In this document: positions 1 to 11,149 of the stretch, piece after piece
How the letters are laid out: each line of letters begins with the position of its first letter
Position numbering within the stretch: the first letter of the stretch is position 1
Assembly: GCA_944363635.1 (NCBI GenBank)
Contig: CALVUP010000004.1
Span: 10,249-74,248, forward strand
DNA from: an uncultured Bacilli bacterium
GTDB lineage: Bacteria > Bacillota_I > Bacilli_A > RF39 > UBA660
Direction: 5' to 3'
DNA length: 64,000 nucleotides
The notes under the pieces: generated by a model
The model's input: the letters and a program-made list of their open reading frames with translations, nothing else
Told to the model about the DNA's origin: nothing
Database searches by the model: none
Translations under genes and position numbers: made by a program

Positions 1-516
1 TTTGTTCGGTGAAATATCTGGGGCCATTTTTGTTTTTCCAATTCTTTTTCCAATTTCCATAGCAAATATGTCGGTAAAAATAGTAATTAGAAATAAATAA
101 ATGACATAGAAAATACTATAATTTCGAATTTGCAAAACTAAATTAAAAGCCAAACCAACAAAGATTGTAGCACCTATTAAGAATAGTGCATCATTGGCGT
201 TGTATTTTTTTCGATTATTGATAAAGACCATTGGGGCTAAAAAGAAAAACATAATGAAAGCCATCACTCTATAATCTAAATAATAAGTAAAATCATTTCC
301 ATCTCGGTTGTATAGGATGAAAAAAATAACTAATAAATAAGCAAATATCTTAAGTAAGAATGGGATCTTTTTTTTCTCTTCACGAACATGCAATAGTTCA
401 AAAAGACCACATACGCCTAATAGGGTTACAAAAATAGCAAATGGTAATTTTCCTATAATTAATAAAGGAATTGATATTGCTAACATCACAATAGCACTAA
501 GAATTCTCGTTTTCAT
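1..516 (-). CDS. cdsA: Phosphatidate cytidylyltransferase (partial, runs off window start)
   Basis: Manual translation from ATG at 516: MKTRILSAIVMLAISIPLL...ITIFTDIFAMEIGKRIGKTKMAPDISPNK, the CdsA signature region; overlaps the uppS stop in the usual uppS-cdsA order. Confidence 0.92.
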   Translation of the reverse strand, partial: MKTRILSAIVMLAISIPLLIIGKLPFAIFVTLLGVCGLFELLHVREEKKKIPFLLKIFAYLLVIFFILYNRDGNDFTYYLDYRVMAFIMFFFLAPMVFINNRKKYNANDALFLIGATIFVGLAFNLVLQIRNYSIFYVIYLFLITIFTDIFAMEIGKRIGKTKMAPDISPNK

Positions 517-1228
517 AATTTATCCCTCCAAATCTACGGTTTCTTTGATTATATTCCACAATTGCCTTATCAAATTCTTTTTCATCAAAAGCAGGAAAGT
601 ATGTTTTTGGAAAATAAAATTCTGCATAGGCATTTTGCCATAATAAGAAATTGCTTAAACGATGTTCTCCACTAGTTCTGATCATTAAATCAACAGGAGC
701 CAAATCTTGATACATATAATGATTAAGCATGTCTAAATCAAGATCTTCTTCCTTAATTTTATCTTCTTTTATATCGTTTACAACTTTTTTAACAGCATCT
801 AAAATTTCATATTGTCCGCCATAATTGACACATATATTAAATATACAATCTGTGTTGTTTTTAGTATCTTCTGTGACTTTATCCATAATTTTTAATACTT
901 TTTTAGGCAAAGGATCTCTTCTACCTGAAAACACGATTTTTACATTTTTCTTCGCTAATCGTTTTGAATATCTCTTAAACCCTTCTGAAAATAAATGCAT
1001 TAAATAATTTACTTCCGTTTTACTTCTTTTAAAGTTTTCTGTTGAAAAAGCGTAAACACTTAAAATTTTTACTCCTTTTTCAAATATATAATCTGATAAT
1101 GTTTCTAAATTATTAAAGCCATGCCAATGGCCTTCGCTTCTGGTCATGTTTTTTTCTTGTGCCCATCTGCCATTGCCATCCAATATAATTGCAACGTGAT
1201 TTGGAATTTTCAGTTTGTCTTTTGTCAT
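497..1228 (-). CDS. uppS: Undecaprenyl diphosphate synthase
   Basis: HVAIILDGNGRWA, YAFSTEN and IRTSGEHRLSNFLLWQ motifs. Confidence 0.97.
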   Translation of the reverse strand: MTKDKLKIPNHVAIILDGNGRWAQEKNMTRSEGHWHGFNNLETLSDYIFEKGVKILSVYAFSTENFKRSKTEVNYLMHLFSEGFKRYSKRLAKKNVKIVFSGRRDPLPKKVLKIMDKVTEDTKNNTDCIFNICVNYGGQYEILDAVKKVVNDIKEDKIKEEDLDLDMLNHYMYQDLAPVDLMIRTSGEHRLSNFLLWQNAYAEFYFPKTYFPAFDEKEFDKAIVEYNQRNRRFGGINYENENS

Positions 1229-1340
1229 TTATTTAACCACCTTTGCTATTATCATTATAATACATTTGGCAAAATCATACAATAATTAATATTAATTAAA
1301 ACGCTTCTTTATGTAAAAATAAGCAAAATTTTACTTTTGC

Positions 1341-3188
1341 TTATTCTATACTTTCAAATTGTGAATTGTAAAGGTTAGCATAAAAACCGTTTTTCTTAAT
1401 CAATTCCTCATGTGTTCCTTGCTCAATAATGTCTCCTTCATTCATAACCAATATTAAGTCCGCATTTTTTATAGTAGATAATCGATGCGCAATAATAAAG
1501 CTTGTTCTACCTTCCATAAGTTTATCCATAGCTTTTTGTATTAATATTTCGGTTCTGGTATCTACACTACTTGTTGCCTCATCCAATATTAAGACTTTAG
1601 GATCCGCAAGAATTGCTCTTGCGATTGTTAACAATTGTTTTTGCCCACCAGATATATTGTTGGTTTCCTCATTCAACTCCATGTTGTATCCTCCAGGTAA
1701 CGTTTGAATAAAATGATGTACATAAGCCATTTTTGCGGCATCTATAACCTCATCGTCAGTAGCTGATAATTTTCCATATCTTAAATTCTCCATGATTGTA
1801 CCACTAAACAACCAAGTATCTTGCAAAACCATACCAAAGATTCCTCTTAAATCTTCACGGTTAAAATCATTGATATTATGCCCATCAATTAATATACTTC
1901 CATCATTGACATTGTAAAAACGCATAAGTAATTTTACCATAGTTGTTTTTCCTGCTCCAGTAGGTCCAACAATGGCAATTTTTTGACCATGTTTTACTTT
2001 CGCACTAAAATCTTTAATAATAATTTTATCTTTATCATAACCAAATTTAACATGCTTAAATTCAATATTACCAAGTACTTTATCGAGTTTTACTGGATTT
2101 TCTACGGTAACTGCTTCCTCTTTTTCTTCTAAGAATTCAAAGATACGTTCTGCAGATGCAATCATAGATTGTAACATACTTGATATTTGTGCTACCTCTG
2201 TTAATGGTCTTGTAAATTGTTTTACATATTGGATAAATGATTGAATATCTCCAACTGAAATTTTATTATTGATTGCTAAATAACCACCAAGTATAGCTAC
2301 AAGAGCATAACCTAAATTTCCAATAAAAGCCATGATTGGATGCATAAGTCCTGATAAAAACTGACTCTTCCATGCAGATTTATATAACATATTGTTGTCT
2401 TTATCAAATTTTGCAATCATATCATCCTCTGCATTAAAAGCTTTAATTACATTATGTCCAGAATACATTTCTTCTACTTGCCCATTGACTTCTGCCAAAT
2501 AATCTTGTTGATTTTTAAAGTGCTTTTGACTCTTAGAAACGACAAGAACAATCAAGATTAAAGCAAGTGGTAACATAAGGACTGCTACAATCGTCATTGG
2601 AATACTAATTGAAATCATCATAATTAAAATACCAATTACCGTAACAATTGCTGATATTACCTCTGTTGCTGTTTGATTCAAACTTTGTGATAAAGTATCA
2701 ACATCATTGGTAATAATAGATAATACTTCACCATGTGTCTTCTTTTCAAAATAAGACATAGGCATTCTATTTATTTTTAAACTAATTTCTTTTCTTAATT
2801 TATAAGTTAAATTTTGAGAGATCTCCGACATAATAATATTTTGAATAAATTGAAATACGGCACTTGTAATATATAAAATTAATAATGTAATTAAAATCTT
2901 TTCAATTTTATCAAAGTCGATACCCGCTCCTCCAGATAATTTAGAAGTTAATCCATTGAAAAGTTCTGTGGTAGCATTACCTAATATCTTAGGTCCAACA
3001 ATGGCAAATATAGTACTGCCAATAGCAAATATCAATACAATTAATATACCAATTTTATATTCATTTAAATAACGAAGTAGTTTTTTCAACGTTCCTTTAA
3101 AATCTTTAGCTTTTTCTCCCGCTGCCATTGCTCTAGCATGAGGCCCTCTTCGAGGAGCTGTTCTTTTTGTTTCCTTACTCATTTTCAA
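1341..3188 (-). CDS. Heterodimeric ABC exporter subunit (TMD+NBD)
   Basis: Six TM segments, Walker A GPTGAGKT, signature ISGGQKQ, Walker B LILDEATS. Confidence 0.95.
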   Translation of the reverse strand: MKMSKETKRTAPRRGPHARAMAAGEKAKDFKGTLKKLLRYLNEYKIGILIVLIFAIGSTIFAIVGPKILGNATTELFNGLTSKLSGGAGIDFDKIEKILITLLILYITSAVFQFIQNIIMSEISQNLTYKLRKEISLKINRMPMSYFEKKTHGEVLSIITNDVDTLSQSLNQTATEVISAIVTVIGILIMMISISIPMTIVAVLMLPLALILIVLVVSKSQKHFKNQQDYLAEVNGQVEEMYSGHNVIKAFNAEDDMIAKFDKDNNMLYKSAWKSQFLSGLMHPIMAFIGNLGYALVAILGGYLAINNKISVGDIQSFIQYVKQFTRPLTEVAQISSMLQSMIASAERIFEFLEEKEEAVTVENPVKLDKVLGNIEFKHVKFGYDKDKIIIKDFSAKVKHGQKIAIVGPTGAGKTTMVKLLMRFYNVNDGSILIDGHNINDFNREDLRGIFGMVLQDTWLFSGTIMENLRYGKLSATDDEVIDAAKMAYVHHFIQTLPGGYNMELNEETNNISGGQKQLLTIARAILADPKVLILDEATSSVDTRTEILIQKAMDKLMEGRTSFIIAHRLSTIKNADLILVMNEGDIIEQGTHEELIKKNGFYANLYNSQFESIE

Positions 3189-5397
3189 GTTCCTCCTTAC
3201 TTAATTGTGATAAAGCAATTTCTTTATATATATCACAATTTTTCATTAATTCATCATGGGTTCCCTTTCCAACGATTGCACCATTATCAAGTACAATGAT
3301 TTGATCTGCATGTAGAACTGTTGAAATTCTTTGTGCAACGATCAAAATGGATTTATTTTTTGTGATTTTTGCTAATTGTTTTCGCAAAGTCACATCCGTT
3401 TTGTAGTCTAGTGCAGAAAAAGAATCATCAAAAACAAATACTTTTGGATCAATTGCAATAGCTCTTGCAATAGATAATCTTTGCTTTTGACCTCCTGAAA
3501 CATTGGTTCCTCCTTGCGCTATTTCACTGTCATATTTATCTTCTTTGGCATTAATAAAATCATCTGCTTGAGCTACTTTCGCAGCTTTTACCATTTGTTC
3601 CTTTGATAGTGTTTTATCTCCCAATTTTATATTATCTGCAATCGTACCTGTAAATAAAATTCCTTTTTGAGGTACAAAACCAATATTTTTTCTCAACTCG
3701 TGTAAAGAAAGATCACGAATATCAACGCCATCAAAAGTAATCTTACCTGATGTAACATCAAAGAACCTAGGAATCAAATTTACAAGTGTTGATTTTCCAG
3801 ATCCGGTAGATCCAATAATGGCTGTTGTCGTACCCGGTTGCATGGCAAAAGAAATATTTCTTAATACATCTTCAGAAGCATCTGGATAGCGGAAATAAAC
3901 ATCCTTGAATTCAATAATCCCCTTTGCAGATTCAAGATGTTCAACTGCTTTCTTATCTTTGATAGAAATATCTTTATTTAAGATTTCATTAATTCTTTTG
4001 ATAGAAATAGTAGCCCTTGGTAACATAATTGAAATTATGGATAACATTAAGAAAGACATAATAATTTGAACAGCATAAGTAATACCCGCAATTAAATCTC
4101 CAACTTGCAATACTCCCGTATCTACTTTGTAAGAGCCTACCCAAATAATTAGAACACTAACACCATTCATAATAAACATCATAGCAGGCATCATAACCGC
4201 CATGGCACGATTCACAAATTTATTCACTTTCGTTAAATCGACATTTGCAACATCAAATCGTTTTTCTTCATATTTTTCATTTGAAAATGCTCGTATAACG
4301 GGAAGCCCTGTTAATATCTCACGAGAAACCAAGTTTAAACGATCAATTAATTTTTGGATTTTATTAAACTTAGGAAGAGTCACTATAAATAACATCAAGA
4401 CAACAGAAATATTACAAATAACTGCTAAAGCAACTACCCAAAAAAGACTATTTCCTTGCATCTTATTTAACGCACCAAATCCAAGAATTGGGGCATATAC
4501 AACAATTCGAAATAACATAACAATAAGCATTTGAATTTGTTGGATATCGTTTGTGCTTCTTGTAATTAATGACGCAGTTGATATATCTTCGAATTCTTTA
4601 TTTGAAAAATCCATAACTTTCTTTACTGTACTTTTTCTTAAATCTTTGGCAATTCCAGTTGCAACTTTACTTGATGTATAAACAGACAGAACAGTCATAA
4701 CCATAGAAAGAAGCGCAATAGCTAACATTTGCAATCCAACATGAAGTATATAGCGAATCTGATTTTGTTTGATATCTACACCAATTATTTCATATTCTTT
4801 TTCAACAGAAGCAATAGCACTTTGACTTATCATACTATCACCTAAATTATTTATTTGTACTTTATATTGATCTTTCATTTTAGCGATTTGTTCATCACTC
4901 ATCAGTGGTATAATATCAATAATTTTAGTATCTTCAGGCATTTGCTGAAAAAATGGATTTTCTTCTTTCATATCTTTTACAGTCATATTACTTGTCGCAT
5001 TATATAAAACAATAGATTCATTAAGAAGAGATTCTAATTTTTCTAAATTTTCATCACTGTCATCTTTAATAACATATAAATTTTTTTCTTTTAACAATGG
5101 ATATTCGTCTTTATATTCTGAATAATCATCCGGTGTTAATAACTTATAATAGCCTAATATTTCTTTATCAGTCGATGCATCTGTAAATAATAAAACCTTA
5201 TTTAATTCTTCTTCTCGAACAACTTCATACGCTCCATATTTAATTCCTTTTCCCGATATTCCTACATCAACTATATCGGATGTATAATCTGGAAGGGCTA
5301 AATCACAATTGGCTTGTATTACCAATAATACAATTGTCACAATCATCAAAGGTATATATTTTTTTAATATCGATAGAAACTTTTTCATTATTATCAC
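3175..5397 (-). CDS. Heterodimeric ABC exporter subunit with degenerate NBD and large extracytoplasmic insertion
   Basis: GSTGSGKS, VSGGQKQR, FDDSFSALD (degenerate Walker B) and AQR switch; about 170-aa hydrophilic insert after TM1. Confidence 0.93.
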   Translation of the reverse strand: MIIMKKFLSILKKYIPLMIVTIVLLVIQANCDLALPDYTSDIVDVGISGKGIKYGAYEVVREEELNKVLLFTDASTDKEILGYYKLLTPDDYSEYKDEYPLLKEKNLYVIKDDSDENLEKLESLLNESIVLYNATSNMTVKDMKEENPFFQQMPEDTKIIDIIPLMSDEQIAKMKDQYKVQINNLGDSMISQSAIASVEKEYEIIGVDIKQNQIRYILHVGLQMLAIALLSMVMTVLSVYTSSKVATGIAKDLRKSTVKKVMDFSNKEFEDISTASLITRSTNDIQQIQMLIVMLFRIVVYAPILGFGALNKMQGNSLFWVVALAVICNISVVLMLFIVTLPKFNKIQKLIDRLNLVSREILTGLPVIRAFSNEKYEEKRFDVANVDLTKVNKFVNRAMAVMMPAMMFIMNGVSVLIIWVGSYKVDTGVLQVGDLIAGITYAVQIIMSFLMLSIISIMLPRATISIKRINEILNKDISIKDKKAVEHLESAKGIIEFKDVYFRYPDASEDVLRNISFAMQPGTTTAIIGSTGSGKSTLVNLIPRFFDVTSGKITFDGVDIRDLSLHELRKNIGFVPQKGILFTGTIADNIKLGDKTLSKEQMVKAAKVAQADDFINAKEDKYDSEIAQGGTNVSGGQKQRLSIARAIAIDPKVFVFDDSFSALDYKTDVTLRKQLAKITKNKSILIVAQRISTVLHADQIIVLDNGAIVGKGTHDELMKNCDIYKEIALSQLSKEELENE

Positions 5398-5993
5398 CTA
5401 TAAAATCCTTTCTTTAAAAGCTCGAAATGTAATAGTAACGCTCTTCTTATTTTTTCTCTTTCCTTATTAAAAACTAAGACAGGCACTACAAATCGTATAG
5501 TCAAACTCATAAGCATGCCTAATATACAATGAATCTCTTCCTCAGTTTCTATATTTAATTTTGTACGATCAACGGCATCCAAAATTGCATTAAAATCAAA
5601 AAAATCCTGTTTTTCAATGGATGCATGCATAGAACGTATCGATAAATTAGTATAAAACTTTTTACACAAATTACGATTGGCTGGTTTCGATCCCGTTTCA
5701 ATTATATAATCATAAATATCTATGAAACTTTGAAACAAATCTCCGTGATTCATCTTTAAATATTTCAAAAACACTTCTTTAATATTCTTTTTATAGACAT
5801 TTACTACATATTTATAAATATCCACAATATCTTTAAAATACATATAAAAACTACCACGAGAAATATTTGCATCCTTTATAATTCTATTAATAGAAGCTTC
5901 TCTTAATGTATAATTTGCAAACTCTCTTGTCGCAGCTTTCATAATTCGAATCTTTTTTTCTTTTGATAAATTATTAAATGTATCACTTGGCAT
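5394..5993 (-). CDS. TetR/AcrR family transcriptional regulator
   Basis: N-terminal HTH ASINRIIKDANISRGSFYMYF; first gene of the ABC operon. Confidence 0.93.
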   Translation of the reverse strand: MPSDTFNNLSKEKKIRIMKAATREFANYTLREASINRIIKDANISRGSFYMYFKDIVDIYKYVVNVYKKNIKEVFLKYLKMNHGDLFQSFIDIYDYIIETGSKPANRNLCKKFYTNLSIRSMHASIEKQDFFDFNAILDAVDRTKLNIETEEEIHCILGMLMSLTIRFVVPVLVFNKEREKIRRALLLHFELLKKGFYR

Positions 5994-6020
5994 AATTATC
6001 TTCTCCTAACCAACTATTTC

Positions 6021-6049
6021 ATTATAAATGACAACTTGTCATAAGTCAA
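6021..6049 (-). promoter_or_regulatory. Sigma-A promoter with palindromic TetR operator
   Basis: Minus strand TTGACT...TATAAT with ATGACA-act-TGTCAT inverted repeat (6028-6042) lying in the spacer. Confidence 0.7.
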
Positions 6050-6098
6050 CAAAAAGGAAAAACTTCATAAAATTTTCACAAAAAAAGAACTTAATTTC

Positions 6099-9002
6099 CT
6101 AAGTTCTTAAATAATTTATAGTTGCGGAACAATTATTGGCCCACTTACTATCCCAATTTTCATTTACATAGGTTTCTGTATTATCAATGTCAATAGTTTG
6201 GGATGAAGTCCAACCAGCAAAAGTATTTAGACCTATACTTGTAACATTATTTGAAATAGTTATTGACATAATATTGGTACAACTTTGGAAAGCATAACTT
6301 CCTATAGTTACTACACTCTCTGGAATTTCTATAGTTTTTAAATTGGTACATCCAGAAAAAACCGTATAACCAATGGCAGTTACACTGGTTGGAATCTCTA
6401 CTGAAGTTAAATTCTTCATGTTTGAAAACGCATTGTTTCCTATATCTGTTACTCCATCTTTAATAATAACCTTTTTAATAGAATCCTTACTAGCTGTCCA
6501 CGCATATGGACGATCTCCATCAGAGTTATCACCCTGAATCATCTTTCCATCTCCAGTGATAATTAATTCCTCAATCTTAAAAGCACTAAAATCATCATAT
6601 CCTTTTGTACCATCAACTGTTAATTTTTTCAAATTATCACAGTTTATTAGAATATACTCACCCATATTCACCACACTCGTTGGAATTTCTATTGAACTCA
6701 AATTTGTACAAGAATTAAATGCATAATCTCCAATTGCAGTCACACTATCAGGTATAGTGATTGACATCATTTGACATCCATAAAAGGCATTCGCTTCGAT
6801 TTCAGTTACCCCGTTCGGAATGATTATTTCTGTTAAATTCGCACAACCACTAAATGCATATGTAGAAATTATAAGGACAGTATCTGGAATATGAATAGTA
6901 TCCTTTTGTTCTGGGCATCGAATTAATACTTGGCCATTTTTATCATATAGCACACCATCAATAGACTTATAATTTAAATTATCCTTATCAACATTAATTT
7001 CTTCTAAACTATTGCATACATAAAAGGCGAAATTTCCAATGTTAGATACATTCTTAGGTATTGTAATGGAAACTAGACTAGTGCAATGATCAAATGCATA
7101 AGATCCTATATTTGTTATACTCTCTGGAATTTTTATTGTCTTTAGATTTGAGCAATTATAAAATGCTGAGGTTCCTATACTAGTTATACTGTTTGGAATC
7201 GTTATTGATGATAACATTTGGAAATTTCGAAAAGCATTATCACATATTGATGTAATAGTATTCTCTATAACAATTTCTTTTATTGATGATATCATACTAT
7301 CCCAAGAAAAGTTGGACTGTTGCATTGTACCTGAACCTATTAGCGTTAATTTTTCTAGATGCTCCATACCTGTTGTATAAGAAAAACCATAACTCTTTGT
7401 GGCATCAAAAGTTAATTCTTTTATATTAGAATCGCTTAAAAAAACATTTTTACCAAGTGTGGTTAAAGATGTAGGTAATACTACTTTTTCTAAATGAGTG
7501 CATCCAACAAATGCACTTTGATCAATAGTAGTTGTTCCTTCCGGAATATTTAATTCTTTTAATTTACTATACCCAAAAGCATAATCTTCTATATGCACAA
7601 CTGTACTTGGGATTTCTATGGATATTAAACCAGTACTATAAAATGACAAAGAACTTATAGTTGTAACTTTTGATGGTATATTTATACTTACTAAATTACT
7701 GCAATTATAAAATGCACTATCTCCTATACTTGTTATACTATTAGGTAATGCTAATTCTTTTAATCCGCGACAACCGTAAAAAGCTCTATCAGCTATCGTA
7801 GTTACACTTGCGGGAATTTTTACTTCTGTTATATCTTCATTTCCGGTAAATAATCCCTCTGGTATATTGGTTATTCCATCTTCTAACATGATACTTTTTG
7901 CAGGGATTGTTGGATTATTTAGACTGTTAATTTGTTCTTCGAGTTTTGTATAAAACTCTTGTCCCTCATCTGTTGGCTGTCCATTTTCATCCATTAATCC
8001 TTGCCCTACTAAATATGCCATATAGGCATCCATTGTTAGTTCAATGTCACTGATATCGTATCCTAAGCTCTCTAAGACATCTTGCATAATTACTAATTGT
8101 AAAAGGGTTTCCATGTCTTGGGATATTATACTTTGGTATAACTCTGGATCTTCTTGTTGCAACCTCATAAGATAATCTTGAAATTCTTGTAATGATGTAA
8201 AAGATGTGACATCTTTCTCGGGAGCACCAGCCGCGATAAACACATTTTTATAAATATCTATAAATTCTTCACTTATATATATTAATGTATCAGATAAATT
8301 ATTTTTAATTTGGCCTTGCCCTTTTATAACTACATTCCCATTCGCATACATATAGGCAGTTACACTTCCATCTCCTGCTTCAGAGACATCTATTTGTTGT
8401 ACTAGTCTATTCTCATCATAGATTTGTACAGCCTCAATACTTACTTTTGCTTCAAAAGTTTTATTGGTAGCTTGTTCTGTTGTAGCATTATAATCTACCC
8501 ATAAATATAACTTATAATGATTGGATTTTGTTGTATCTAGATATTTATTATCGATTTTATAAAGTTTCTTTCCTTCTTTTTCTATAACTTCTTCTTGTGA
8601 TATGGTTCTTGCAGATGAAGTTACTATTTTTTCTGTTCCATCTTCTTCTACTGTTAAATAATATCTTACTACATCGACTGGAAGTGTTGATACACTCTCA
8701 TCGATTTCAATATATAAATCATACTCAGCATTTATGGTTCCTTTATTTACTACATCAAAAGTGTATGGTGTTTGCTTTTTACCTTCTTCTTCTGTAATGG
8801 GAAAAGCATTTTCTAAAGTAATTTCATCTTGTTCATTTTCTATTCTTACATCTAATTTCCCTGCACTAATGACACTATCTTGTTCTCCTCTTGTTACTGT
8901 TCTAAATACAGCATAAGAAGTACCTAACACTAAAATTAATCCTGCGAGTATTCCTGTTATTTTCGCAATTCGATCATATTTTTTTCTTTTCTTATTATCC
9001 AT
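6099..9002 (-). CDS. BspA-like leucine-rich-repeat (LRR_5) surface protein with N-terminal TasA/camelysin-like domain
   Basis: Signal-like ILVLGTSYAVF; many IPxSVTxIGxxAFxxCxxL repeats. Confidence 0.85.
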   Translation of the reverse strand: MDNKKRKKYDRIAKITGILAGLILVLGTSYAVFRTVTRGEQDSVISAGKLDVRIENEQDEITLENAFPITEEEGKKQTPYTFDVVNKGTINAEYDLYIEIDESVSTLPVDVVRYYLTVEEDGTEKIVTSSARTISQEEVIEKEGKKLYKIDNKYLDTTKSNHYKLYLWVDYNATTEQATNKTFEAKVSIEAVQIYDENRLVQQIDVSEAGDGSVTAYMYANGNVVIKGQGQIKNNLSDTLIYISEEFIDIYKNVFIAAGAPEKDVTSFTSLQEFQDYLMRLQQEDPELYQSIISQDMETLLQLVIMQDVLESLGYDISDIELTMDAYMAYLVGQGLMDENGQPTDEGQEFYTKLEEQINSLNNPTIPAKSIMLEDGITNIPEGLFTGNEDITEVKIPASVTTIADRAFYGCRGLKELALPNSITSIGDSAFYNCSNLVSINIPSKVTTISSLSFYSTGLISIEIPSTVVHIEDYAFGYSKLKELNIPEGTTTIDQSAFVGCTHLEKVVLPTSLTTLGKNVFLSDSNIKELTFDATKSYGFSYTTGMEHLEKLTLIGSGTMQQSNFSWDSMISSIKEIVIENTITSICDNAFRNFQMLSSITIPNSITSIGTSAFYNCSNLKTIKIPESITNIGSYAFDHCTSLVSITIPKNVSNIGNFAFYVCNSLEEINVDKDNLNYKSIDGVLYDKNGQVLIRCPEQKDTIHIPDTVLIISTYAFSGCANLTEIIIPNGVTEIEANAFYGCQMMSITIPDSVTAIGDYAFNSCTNLSSIEIPTSVVNMGEYILINCDNLKKLTVDGTKGYDDFSAFKIEELIITGDGKMIQGDNSDGDRPYAWTASKDSIKKVIIKDGVTDIGNNAFSNMKNLTSVEIPTSVTAIGYTVFSGCTNLKTIEIPESVVTIGSYAFQSCTNIMSITISNNVTSIGLNTFAGWTSSQTIDIDNTETYVNENWDSKWANNCSATINYLRT

Positions 9003-9112
9003 ATCATCACCTATTTTCCTATTTTATTTTATAATGAATCGCTTGGCACTGTCAAGAAATTCTTGTGTTTCTTATTTATTCATTATATAATCTTAAACAA
9101 GGAGGAAAACAC

Positions 9113-10261
9113 ATGGATGTTATTGGTATTGTGGTAGAATACAATCCTTTTCATAATGGACATTTGCATCAAATTAAAGAAATAAAAAAAAGATTCCCTG
9201 ATTCTCTACTTGTTGTTGTTATGAATGGAAATTTTTCACAAAGAGGCGAACCTGCCATTGTAGATAAATGGAATCGTTGTGAAATGGCATTAGAAAATGG
9301 CATAGATTTAGTTGTTGAAATTCCTTTTGTTTTCGCTACACAAAGTGCAGATATTTTCGCTCATGGAGCAATTTCTTTATTAAAAGAATTAAAAGTTGAA
9401 AAACTCATATTTGGCAGTGAAACAAATGATGTTTCTCTATTGAATCAATTAGCGGATATTGAACTGTATAACCCGGATTATAATAAATTTGTAAATTCTT
9501 ATTTACAAAAAGGATATAATTATCCAACAAGTATGAGTAAAGCTTTATTTGATTTATCTAATTTTCGAATTCGTCTTTCCAATGATTTGTTGGGATTAAG
9601 TTATATAAAAGAAATAAAAAAACAAAAGGCAAATATAGAACCTATTTCAATTAAAAGAACCAATGATTATAAATCCTATGATTTAGGATCTGATATCGTA
9701 AATGCTTCTTGCATACGCAAAGCCATTGGGAGTCGTTTTGATATTACTAAGTACGTCCCTATTTATCATGAAAAACATTATAAAAGAATTTATTTGTTAG
9801 AAGATTATTTTCCTTTTTTAAAATACAAAATTATGGTAAGCAAGGATTTAAGTTTGTTTCAAACTGTGGATGAGGGCGTTGAAAACCGAATCAATAAATA
9901 TATTTTAAAAGCCAACAGTTTTGAAGAACTCATCAATTTAGTCAAAACCAAAAGATATACGTATAATAAATTAAGTCGTATGTTCTGTCATATTTTATGT
10001 GACTTTACTAAAGAGGAAGCAAAAAAATTTAAAGACATCGAATATATTCGTCCGTTAGGATTTAGCGAACAAGGGAAAAAATATTTAAATAAAATAAAAA
10101 AAGAAGTAAATCTTCCTATTGTATCGCGTTTTGCTTCTTTAAAAGATAATGAGTTGTTGCAATTGGAATATAGAATTGCGAAAGTTTATCAATGTATCGT
10201 TCCTAATAATAAAGATTTAATTGAAGAAGAATATAAAAGAACACCTATTTATTACAAATAA
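9113..10261 (+). CDS. tmcAL: tRNA(Met) cytidine acetate ligase (YlbM/TmcAL family nucleotidyltransferase)
   Basis: EYNPFHNGH, FSQRGEP and KTKRYT motifs; start set at the ATG after GGAGG. Confidence 0.9.
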   Translation: MDVIGIVVEYNPFHNGHLHQIKEIKKRFPDSLLVVVMNGNFSQRGEPAIVDKWNRCEMALENGIDLVVEIPFVFATQSADIFAHGAISLLKELKVEKLIFGSETNDVSLLNQLADIELYNPDYNKFVNSYLQKGYNYPTSMSKALFDLSNFRIRLSNDLLGLSYIKEIKKQKANIEPISIKRTNDYKSYDLGSDIVNASCIRKAIGSRFDITKYVPIYHEKHYKRIYLLEDYFPFLKYKIMVSKDLSLFQTVDEGVENRINKYILKANSFEELINLVKTKRYTYNKLSRMFCHILCDFTKEEAKKFKDIEYIRPLGFSEQGKKYLNKIKKEVNLPIVSRFASLKDNELLQLEYRIAKVYQCIVPNNKDLIEEEYKRTPIYYK

Positions 10262-10269
10262 GTGTTCTT

Positions 10270-11097
10270 TTATCTTTGTTGCCTTTTAATGAGTTTGGCA
10301 TGCAAAACGACTTTTTCTGTTTCATTATAACAAGTTGAAAGTGTAAGAATTTTATCTTTGGTACTCACTTTTGCATCAAAATTAAAGCGACTTCTTGAAA
10401 TCATCGTATCGATAAATTTTTGGTGTGATGCTTCACTTCCAAAACTACTTGTTAAATAATAAGTTTCGGTTTTAATGCTATACACCGAAAATACTTGCCA
10501 TAAGGTGTTCTCAGTTGGAGTGGATAAATAAACCACATGATTATCGGTATTTTCATACCAATTGTTTTTAAACACATTTTTAAGTGATCCAAACATTGTT
10601 GTATCATACCTTCCATGGGCATAAATAATGGTATTATCTTGCAAATCATTGATATCGTTGCGATAATCCATAAAGACCCAACCAGCATCATTTTCTGTTT
10701 TATCATAAGAATGATATAAATAATACTCATTGTCATTTGTTTGAACCACTGGATAATTGATATTGGTTCCGTTTACTTTCAGAAAAGCAATCGTATCGCT
10801 ATTTTTCTTTTTTAATTCATCAAAATTTACACTAATCAGTGGTAATTTAATATAATCCCAATAATCACTGTTTTGATTTTCATCTGCATTGACAATTTCT
10901 TCTGTATCATTCGGAGAAACTTCTTCGATTTGAATTTCGTCTTCTAAAGTATCTAATTGCTGTTTTGTTTTCTCGTTATCTTGTTTCCATTTGAACACTT
11001 GAACAATCGAAAAAATAAGTAAAAAAAGACTTATTAAAATCAATACAATCCATACCCACAAACGTAATCTTTTTTTCCTCTTGCTTTGTTTTGTCAT
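10270..11097 (-). CDS. srtB: Class B sortase
   Basis: N-terminal TM anchor, NYPVVQ..DNEYYL, IIYAH, TLSTC catalytic motif. Confidence 0.92.
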   Translation of the reverse strand: MTKQSKRKKRLRLWVWIVLILISLFLLIFSIVQVFKWKQDNEKTKQQLDTLEDEIQIEEVSPNDTEEIVNADENQNSDYWDYIKLPLISVNFDELKKKNSDTIAFLKVNGTNINYPVVQTNDNEYYLYHSYDKTENDAGWVFMDYRNDINDLQDNTIIYAHGRYDTTMFGSLKNVFKNNWYENTDNHVVYLSTPTENTLWQVFSVYSIKTETYYLTSSFGSEASHQKFIDTMISRSRFNFDAKVSTKDKILTLSTCYNETEKVVLHAKLIKRQQR

Positions 11098-11120
11098 AAT
11101 TCTTTCTCTTCCTTTAATAA

Positions 11121-11148
11121 AAGAAAAAGGGATCTACGATCCCCTTTT
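11121..11148 (-). terminator. Intrinsic terminator
   Basis: GGGATC-tac-GATCCC hairpin with T-tract on the minus strand just after the surface-protein stop. Confidence 0.6.
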
Positions 11149-11149
11149 A

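Noticed and set aside
6300-7870. DNA-level repeats in the BspA gene as a possible diversity-generating cassette
   Set aside because: Explained by ordinary LRR coding periodicity; no template/variable repeat pair or RT seen
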